From the NCBI GenBank assembly GCA_023213395.1, contig CM041465.1, forward strand, positions 114,707,741 through 114,771,740: a DNA stretch of 64,000 nt, written 5' to 3'. The stretch's first letter is position 1; the number at the start of each line of letters is the position of its first letter. Below the pieces are notes generated by a model, which saw nothing but the letters and a program-made list of their open reading frames with translations, was not told the DNA's origin and made no database searches. Positions 54,878 through 64,000 of the stretch are shown in pieces. Source of the stretch: Cycas panzhihuaensis (lineage: Eukaryota; Plantae; Cycadophyta). Made by a program: the position numbers and the translations under genes.

Positions 54878-57800
54878 AAATTAATAATATAATGTAAAAA
54901 TTAAAATAAATGAATGAAAACAAAAAAAAAAAAAATGCAAAGAAGAAAAATAAGGTACTGGCATTACCTAAGGGAGAAATTCCCCTTCCCTCATAACTCA
55001 TAAGGTTGTGCCAATACTATTCCTCAATCTTCATAAAGATAGTACTAAGTGGAGGTCTTTCCTCAATCTCTACTTGGGTAGATAGAGTACTCAAGCTGAT
55101 AGATAAAAAAAAAATGATTTTTCTATAACTTGTTGAGTAGCTTCTTACGATCACAAATGTAGCTCTAATACCACTTAAAATACTTTCTTATAGAAATTGA
55201 CCTTATAGATGTAATCCAGTAAAAGTAAAGGCTAAAATAATGCAAGTCTGTAAATAAATCACAAATAAATTGATCACCAAAAAGAGTACCAAAGTATTTT
55301 ATCTTCAAAGATAATAATACTCAACAACTATTATAAGTAGAGTTTGACCTTTTAAGTAGGCATACAAGGGTCTTCTTCCTTATGATATTATTGGTGGCCC
55401 TAATGGCCTTACATCTTATTAGACAGCTTAACAGTCCATGTATAAAGCTTAATAGCTAATATCAATCCTTAACCCTTTAGTGGCTCCTGCTTAATAATGC
55501 TTGGGAAAGGTGGGGTTACGTTATAGGTTTCCATTTCCTTAAGATCATAAGCCAATAGGCTTTCTAGTACTATGAAGGAAGAAACTATTCTTTTCATTAG
55601 ATTGATAGAAAAGACCCTATCATTCCCATTAGGATACATTTATCCATAACTATAGTAGTTGTTAGACAACTATTCTAATATCTTTGAGACACTTAGGGGA
55701 ATTCCACCTACCTAAGAAATTCAATACTCTATAGACTTGCTACTTGGAGCTACTTAATTTAATAGTCCATTATACAAAACATTATCCCTTAAATAGGAAA
55801 AACTAAAATGATAGTTAATAAAACACATAGAGGAAGGTTGCATTCAATTGAGGCCCTCTCCATGTAGTTCACTAGTTCTTTTAATACCTAAGAAGGATAG
55901 CAGATGGCATCTTTGCAAAGACTATTAATCATTCAACCATATCATAATGGAGAATAGGTATCCACTTTCCTATATAGATTATATGATGGATGAGTTATAG
56001 GGAGCCAAATTCTTTAACAAGATTAACTTAGCATTAGGTTATCATCAGGTGAGAGTTGAGATTTATAACACATGGAAGATAACTTTCAAAACCAAATCTA
56101 AATTTATAAAATAATTAGTTATGCCTTTCACCTTACTAACGCTTGAGCTACTTTCATAAGACTAATGAATGGCATAATTTAGCCTTTCTTGGGGAAATTT
56201 TTCCTTATTTTCTTAGATGGAATCCTCATCTACAAGTGTACTTATGTCAAGTACATTCATCATGTGCAATAAGTTTTAGGTATTCTTTAAAACCATTAGC
56301 TCAAAGCTAAGAAGAGTAAGTTCTCCTTTTGAGAGGAACCAATTATATATACTTAGGTTTTCTTCTTAACTCATAGGGAATCCACATCGATCTTAAGTAG
56401 GTAAGAGTAATTCATAATTACCTAATATCTTAATTAGTCATAGGGTTATGTAGCTTATTGGGTTATACAAACTTCTACAAGAAGTTCATTTATAGGTATG
56501 GAGATATAGTCAATGCCTTAAATGTAGTTATGAAGACCAAGTCCAAGGCTCATTTTAGTTGGGACCCCATTCAAGAGATCACCTTCAATAGATGAAAGGA
56601 TGCATTATATTTAACATTAGTTCTTACATTATGAAATATTTAATAACCCTTTGAAATTGAGACTAATGTTTCTCAAGTGCTTATGGGAGCAATCCTTAAC
56701 TAGAGAGGATAGTCTATTAATTACCATTCAGAGGCTTTCTCATTAATGAAGTAAAACTATAGCACCTATGATAAGGAATATGTGCCCTTGTCCAAATGTT
56801 AGTGACATTACCTCATCTAGAAAGGAACTATCATCTACATAAACTGTATACCCTTGTAGTCACTCCAGTAATAAAGCAAAATTCATAAGCATTAGTACAC
56901 ATGATGGGCTTCTTAGTTATGGTAGTTCCATCTTGTCATTAACTATAATAAGGGGTCTACCAATAAGATAACAGACTTTCTTAGTTAACCACTAATTCAT
57001 ATGCTACTCAATACAATTGATACTAGATGTACAAGTTATTCAGAGTGATAAGATGATTGTGATTCTAACCTAAATTTAGTGCTATATATTTGGTTATATA
57101 ATAGCCTAGTCAAGTAAATTAGGATTCATCCCTTTATTTTCATTTGAAGGATGGTTTATTGTTACATTGACTTTCTTAACTCTGTGTTCTATGAGACAGT
57201 GACAAAGATTAATTTCTTAAGGAAACCCATAACTCTAGTTATGGAGGATACCTTAGAGCCCATAAGACTATACAACATTTATAGAGGTATTTTTATTGGC
57301 CTTCTATGCAATAGCAAGTTGAAAATTTTATTTATATTTGTGCTTTATACAACCATTCTAGACCATCTAATCAAAAGATTGAATTGTATCAATACCTATC
57401 AATACCTTCCTATCCTTTAGAATCCATATCTATAGATTTTATAAGTGGATTACCTATGATATTACATAGCCATGATTATATTATACTAGTAGTTTACAAG
57501 TTCTCAAAGATGGAATTCTATATTCTATGTACAATTATCTTGGTACTCAATAGACTATCTTATTCTATGATCATATATGGCTATATTATGGCTTACCTAC
57601 TTTATTATTTTTGTTAGGGATGCATGTTTCCTTAGTTATTTCTATCACATGCTATGGAAACTTTTGGGAGCATCATTTATTTCTCTATTTCTTTCCATCC
57701 CTAGACTAATAAGTAGAGTGAGGTAGGAAATAAGACCCCGACTCACTCTCTCCACATTTTTCATCCTCTATCCACTTAGTGAGGTAGATCCTTGATGGTT

Positions 57801-59325
57801 ATTTAGCATAGCTATAACTATTCCATCCGTGTTAGTATATATCTTTCACCTTTTGCTAATTATTATGGTTCCTAACTAGCAGTTCTTTATGAGCTACTAG
57901 TGGTACTCCCTTCTCTAGTAACATGTCATAAGTAGGTTAAGTAACATAAGATAATAACATATATTAAACATCTACACCAACTACATGCTCATGTTAAGAA
58001 AATCCTTAATAGATCTCAAGCAAAGTACAAATTATGACATGATCAACACTAAGTTTCACATAACTTCTAAGTTGGAGATAGAGTTTGGTTTCACTTAGAT
58101 AAGTAATTATTCAAATACTAGGTATATAATAAGCTTAAACCCATCTAGTTTGGACCATAGTAGATCATAGAGGCTATTAGTGCTAATATATTTCACTTGA
58201 GTCTACTAGCTTATCTTGGGATGCATAATGTCTTCAATGTTAGTCATTTCATGCAATATGAGCCACCATTACTAGAAGATGAGGTGGAAGTGCTACATTA
58301 AGAGAATAGAATTCTAGAGTTTCAACTTCTACTTTCAATTGAAAAGTTTTTTTAACACCAATAATCATACCATAAGAAAACAACAAACTACTTCTTACTT
58401 GTTAAGCATAAAAGGTAGCCAACCTACATAACCTAAATTGATTTTTTAGGCCATAATTGATCAATACTTTCTACATTTAAAGGAGTTGGTAGAATTGAGG
58501 ACAAATTCCTCCTAAATAGGGAGGAATTAGTGAGTGTGAAATTCTACTCACCTATGTGTAGTAAATAAATTGTAATCTTGTGATGTAATTGTAATTTATT
58601 TTATGTTTTAATGATGAGATTAGTTAAGTGCAAAAGTAATTCCATCAATTAGTGGTTAGATAAATTAAGAGTAATTAATTTTCTATTTATAGTAAATTAT
58701 TCTAATTAGAGTAGATTCCACTTTCAACTATAAGCACTCCCCAAAAATTAAAAACTTTATAAAGTTTTCTTTACATGCATATATAAATACTCTAAGAGGG
58801 GGCATACAAGAACTATCCATTATTATACATAAGAAAATTCTTAGAGTTCTTAGAATAAAAGTGAGTATTTTCCCAAATGCCTATATATCCATATGCTTTA
58901 GAATTTTTCTAGTTTTCATACTACATATTCTAAGATGTCATGCAAGTTGTACAATCATGGTTTTCTTTAAATTTTTATAGAGAAGATCACTCTTGAGTCC
59001 TTTATCCTCCCTTGAAATGTTCCCTCAATCTAACATCTAGAAAAGAATTTATAAGGTTTATAGTGAAGACTTTTCTTTTTATATTTATAGCATCTATACA
59101 AGACATATATGCACTAGATTGACTTGAGATTTTATAGGGAGGAGCACCTTGGAGTCTCCTAGGCTCTCTAAAATTTCATCTTAATATGACTTAAGGTAAA
59201 AAGTTTATAATTATTTTCATTATCCTTCTCCGAGGAGTTCACAAGTTTGTTCCCAAGTATTATAAGCTTATTATTTTCCCACATAAATGAAATGAAGAAC
59301 TATAAGCCTTGGAAATGACATATCA

Positions 59326-60670
59326 TTTTCCTATGACCATAACAAGGCCAACTCAAATGATTACAATAATTTTGAAGGATTATTAATTGAATGTGAGTTT
59401 AAAGGGATGTTATGACTCATGGCTATGGAAACAACCCTACAGGAAGATGGTCATGTTATTAAACTTTATAAATATTTATGGGATACCATTGGACATATTA
59501 TTTTTCTAATATCTAAAGATGTAGTGGCCTAGTAATCTAGGATTGAACACTACACTAGTATTAGTAAGTTTATTCCCATGTAAGATGGGGACCCTCTTTT
59601 TATAAGTGGATGGTGTCCTATCACTTTACTTAATATCACTTAAAAATCTCTAAACAAAGCCCTCATATTTTTAGTGTAATTTACTCTTAATTAGATTAAC
59701 TTCCAATAATAAAGTGGCTTTCTCTAAGGATTTTATATTCTCAACAATATTTTGTATATGTGAGAAGCAATTAAGTGGCCTTAATCTACACTAAAGTTTA
59801 GTTTCATCAAAATTGATTTTGTGAAATCCTATGATAAAACTTAAATGGGACTTTATTTCATTAGTCCTTAAAAGATTGGAATATAGCTTAATGTTCATTA
59901 ACATGGTTAATATACTACTAGCCAATACATAGTTTTATATAATAACTAATAGAGCAGTCTCCTCTATCATTCCACTAGCTAAGTTAATCATGGATGATTT
60001 CCTCTTTTGCCTCCACTTTATCCTATATATTAGCTAAATACCTAAGATATTTATTTCATATAGTATAATAGGCTTATAATATTAAGAGGTTCTCATTGAC
60101 ATAGTATGAAATGTAGCATCTTCATGGTTACTTTTCTTTTTTACTCATGTTGCTAAGGAAGATAATGTTGCTTGCTTGATGGCCACTCTTAATTACTTCT
60201 ACCTCATTTCTATATCCTCTCTCTCTTCTTTTAAGTCTTCTTATTGGTTCTTAAGCCTTAAGACAACCTCACCTTGGGCTCCTAATTTCGATTGTTAAAT
60301 GATTAGGAATAGGAAAATAATAAATAGGCTTTTTTATGTCTAGTTTATATTTGGCATCACATCTGACTAGATGTGGGACTAACTAATGAAGAAGTTTACA
60401 TAAAGATAAAATATTATTCCATGTAAGTTCTATCCTTGGCAAGAAGGATGTAAGTTATACAAAATATCTTCTTAGCTCTATATGTTTATTATTCATCAAT
60501 CTAGTTTTATTATGATATATCATGTTAGAGATTTATTTCCTTAGTCAAACATTTCATATGGTATGAAGCCTTAGATAAGAAAGGTATACCTAAAGTTTCC
60601 TTATATGTTTATTGTCAATCTAATTCTAATAGTTGCTTTGGTTATATTTTTGTTTAGAAGTAGAGTATAA
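59326..60670 (+). mobile_element. L1-type LINE, RT fragment
   Basis: DGHVIKLYKYLWDTIG (~59447), SGFL*GFYILNNI (~59713), FIKIDFVKSYDK (~59803). Confidence 0.75.
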
Positions 60671-60901
60671 TATTAGTGGTCATAGTGTTTTATCCCACGT
60701 CTATGCATAGGACTCTTGTACAAAAGTGGGATACAACTTTTAAATGATGTGTTATAAAGTTTCTAGAGACAACAACCTTAATGTCCATACTTCCTATTAC
60801 CATTTGTCACACAAAATTTCAATGATTGAGGCATTTTCATATATTAAAATCCAATTCCACTAAAGTAGCTAATTGCATATTCATATTTATTATTTCCATT
60901 T

Positions 60902-61358
60902 TGTTAGAAGTATTAATGTCACTTTTATGTTATTCTTAAGTTATTATTTAAGTCACATGTGTAATTTATGATTTAAGTGATTCTAAAGTTAAATGTTTAG
61001 AGTTTTATTTAATTATTATGTGGAAGGTTGTTGAAATGCGTAACTGCCCATTTCAACGAACCTTTCTTGGTATTAATTCTTCTCCTAAATTCAGGGAGAT
61101 GGTTCCTGGAATCTAAGAGGCTATCCAAAAGCCTATCTCAGGGCTAGTTTGTCTTTCATAGGTAGTTTTGCTTATGGTTGATGCATAGCATTTCTTCTTA
61201 ATAAAATTCTAGATTTAGGAGGTGGTTTTTCTTCCCCATAAGGGGTTTTCCACTTATCAACCCTATGTATATGCGCATTGTCTCTTTCTCTTGTATCTTT
61301 TCTATTCCTGTGATGTTATGACTTTGTACATGTGCCTATTCTATCATGGTATCAAAGC
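60902..61358 (+). mobile_element. LTR (60902-61346, TG…CA) followed by PBS; no partner LTR in window
   Basis: TGTTAG start, internal TATAAAA and AAGGGGTTTTCCAC, ends CTATCA directly followed by TGGTATCAAAGC (61347-61358). Confidence 0.75.
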
Positions 61359-61443
61359 TTGGGTATCAATTTTAACAGCTTAGAGATGGAAATAGTCAAC
61401 CGAGATCTAAATAAAATTGTAGAAAATGAATGACAACTCAAAC

Positions 61444-62070
61444 TCATAACTTTAAAAGTTTGAGCCACCTTTGAAAGAGACCCTTTGCTTCAAATGAAGA
61501 AGTGAGATTTAGATCTTTGAATTTTACCTGAGCACTCAGGTCTTTAAATAAGTTTAGGAAATTATCAAGTCTTGCCACAAAATCTATCAAAAGAGATGCA
61601 AAGGTCACCAAGGAAAGTGCACTAGTACTTTCAAAAGTTTTTAATGCTCTATTAGCCTCAGTGGGATCAAAGGAAAAAGAATGTCTCAATGGCCAGGACT
61701 ACTACTTGCAAATATTTGGTTCTGGACTGTTGGCAATTGTCATTGAGTCTATCCAAATATAGGAGCTTGGATCTTTCAAGAGCACTTAGATGATCACGCT
61801 CCTCATCTTCCATTAGATCATCACCTTCATTCGAGGAAATATCATGCTTGTTGCTAGTTACCCATCTTTCTGAATAAATAAGAAGATAAGAATGTGCATC
61901 AATCTTTCCTTGCAACTCTTCAGCGGTATTATGTACTTCAAGCAATATGTCTCCAAGCTTCAGCTTTGTCATATTCTCAATGTTATCACCTACTTCTTGT
62001 AAAAATTGGCACCTGTAGAACCCACTCATCGCAACTCATTATTGAACACCTAGCATAACTTCTGAGGAGC
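61444..62070 (-). pseudogene. ALMT: Pseudogenised last exon of an ALMT9-like aluminium-activated malate transporter
   Basis: AG|APQKLC*VFNNELR*VG…LLEVHNTAEELQGKIDAHSYLLIYSERW…KTFESTSALSLVTFASLLIDFVARL…FKDLS..VKFKD matches the ALMT C-terminal domain as I recall it; two stops and two frameshifts. Confidence 0.85.
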
Positions 62071-62310
62071 CTGTCTGTATCCCTGACATGGTAACAATAA
62101 GCTGGTTCCAATAAGCTGTAAGACTAAGACATCCTCCTTCCGGACCTATGGATACTCTAGTCCATAGCTAGTACTATCATAAGAGAACATACTACTGTCT
62201 AACTGCTTGCAAGAGGAACAATTTTACCTACTGTTGCTGGCCCATTACATTCTCAATTGATCATGCTTAAGCTCTTGTTCGTAGTCAAGCTCATGCAGAT
62301 GACTGTGTCC

Positions 62311-62420
62311 TGAGGAGTCATTGAGAGGAATCAACCTGCCAACCCAGAGGAGTCATTGAGAGGAGCTGACCTACCAACCTAGAGGAGTCATTGAGAGGAG
62401 TCGTTGGAGAATCGACCTGC
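62311..62420. repeat. 35 bp tandem repeat x3
   Basis: GAGGAGTCATTGAGAGGA…ACCT(G/A)CCAACC repeated. Confidence 0.88.
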
Positions 62421-62585
62421 AACAAAACAAAGATAAAAGACGTTGTCATCACAACTCCACGCAGGTAGGGTTTCGATAAAGACTAACCCTCTCAGACCTA
62501 ACTCAATATAAAATACAATTTTATTTAGTATAATCTAATTTCCTGTCAGGTCCGCGACCTTCCCTTTTTTTATTTTATTTTTTAT

Positions 62586-62765
<180 letters not shown>

Positions 62766-63128
62766 ATGTTTAATTAAACCTAGATTTTTCTATTATTATT
62801 AAATGTTACGAATCAAAACCCTCTTTTACCTTAATAAACTCTCATTTACAAATAAAAATCAATATCTCCCCCCATTCAATTAACCTTTAATACTTAAAAT
62901 CAACATTGCTTTATTATATGATATTTAATTAATCATTACAAAAGCTTTCCCCCCTATATATTATCACATTTATCAAAATAAATTATTCTCCCAGTTCCCC
63001 CACCCCGGGCCTCGCATTATGTCTTACCTTATATACTATTTGTTTATATGTCCTATATAAGGTATATATCAACTTTAAAACATTCATTATAAGATTATAT
63101 ATATATACTATTAATAAAGCTTAGATTA

Positions 63129-63177
63129 ATACCTTTTTTGGCCTTTTTTTGCTAAGATCAAATGTATCATCTACTCT
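63129..63177 (+). pseudogene. U2: U2 snRNA 5' fragment (3'-truncated pseudogene)
   Basis: ATACCTTTTTTGGCCTTTTTTTGCTAAGATCAAATGTATCATCT vs plant U2 5' end ATACCTTTCTCGGCCTTTTGGCTAAGATCAAGTGTAGTATCT; no Sm site or 3' stems follow. Confidence 0.75.
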
Positions 63178-64000
63178 ATAATGGTGTTATGTGGATTAAA
63201 TTTATAGTTTTATCAAAAATAAAATTTCTCTATACCTAATATAAATACTACTAGAATTTTTATAAGTTTAACAATTTTAACTTGGGAAAACTACGTGTTA
63301 CATAAATATGTTTTAATGTCTTCTAGCTTTTTAATGGATGTTATTCTCACCTATTTTACAAGATTTTTTTAAGGTACCATAAACATGTTACCAATTTCAT
63401 CATGTGGTTGATAAATATTATTGAGGCACATTTTATTTAGATAAGTTAATTCTCATTTTAAAGGTATTAAAATAAATAAATACTTGTTAAGTTCTTTTTG
63501 AATTACTATATTCTCTGCCTTATTTGCTAATCAACAATAGTAAAACATAAGAATTTGAATACTTATTTTTTTAAGGGGAACTGTTTATTTTTTAATTAAG
63601 GAGGACTATTTCTTTAAGAGGGACTATTTTTTTAAGAGGAATTATTTATTTAGCAACATGTGATTTTTAATTAAGGGAAAAGCCAGTAATACATGCTACA
63701 ATGCTTTCTTTTCATTCTTTAATCATGCTTATTAAAATGTTAATTTGATGATTAGTAATCTTACTAAGTGATTATTTTTCCACTTATCATTAATCCTTTA
63801 ATTTTCAATCAAACTTGATAATTCCCAATATGACGTTAATGTCAAGGACTACCACCTACGTTCCAATTCCAATATTAACTAGCTCAAATTATGCTGACTA
63901 GAGTAATCGCATATCCTAACAGTTTAAACAGTAAAAGATATGGTGATATATGACAGGTGAATTTAAAAAACCAAAAGATGAAACTACAGAGAGTTATATG

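Larger units (their letters stand above)
36801..55525 (-). mobile_element. Ty3/gypsy chromovirus element B, interrupted by copia C and a solo LTR
   Basis: LTRs 55176-55525 and 36801-37148 align; perfect TSD GGTTT; PBS TGGTATTAGAGC 55173-55162; gag start ~53787; protease ILINGGASLNFI ~40350; RT 39376-39738; chromodomain …EATWES ~37215-37270; PPT GAGGAGGGGAC. Confidence 0.92.
34441..59325 (+). mobile_element. Ty3/gypsy CRM-like element A, interrupted by element B
   Basis: LTRs 34441-35212 and 58528-59325 align; PBS TAGTATAAGAGC 35215-35226; protease IIDNS…PYKLDWL (36460-36570); RT/RH/INT 55531-58260 (ESISIDFISGLP); terminal LRTNSS and PPT AGGGAGGAAT. TSD not clean (TTTGT/TTTTC). Confidence 0.88.

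Noticed and set aside
62995-63128. Functional U2 promoter (USE-like TCCCCACCCCG plus TA-rich tract)
   Set aside because: The motif is ~130 nt upstream rather than ~70-80, matches poorly, and the U2 body is truncated

Overview
AT-rich land-plant genomic window, probably a large-genome seed plant such as a gymnosperm (inferred, not proven). It is almost entirely decayed retrotransposons around one intact host gene: a two-exon type I pectin methylesterase (TM-PMEI-PME, 604 aa, minus strand, 23072-25027) on a CpG-preserved island. Left of the gene are a Tork-like Ty1/copia inserted into a Tat-type Ty3/gypsy (with an archaeal-type RNase H remnant after integrase), a second decayed copia and an L1-type LINE. 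Right of the gene an L1-type LINE is split by a full-length chromovirus (27225-33608) and by a nest: CRM-like gypsy (34441-59325) > chromovirus (36801-55525) > Tork-like copia (40757-52276) > RT-less copia (44452-50577), plus a solo LTR. LTR pairs were matched by eye for all of these and target-site duplications (TSDs) for all but the CRM-like element. The right end holds an LTR plus primer-binding site (PBS) abutting an antisense, pseudogenised ALMT9-like last exon, a (TA)n array and a 5' U2 snRNA fragment. The repeats show a strong C>T bias including CpA>TpA. I found no convincing wholly new biological system. The best leads are the ALMT exon capture, the mutation signature, the post-integrase RNase H and the U2 fragment. 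All assignments come from motif recognition, without database searches.
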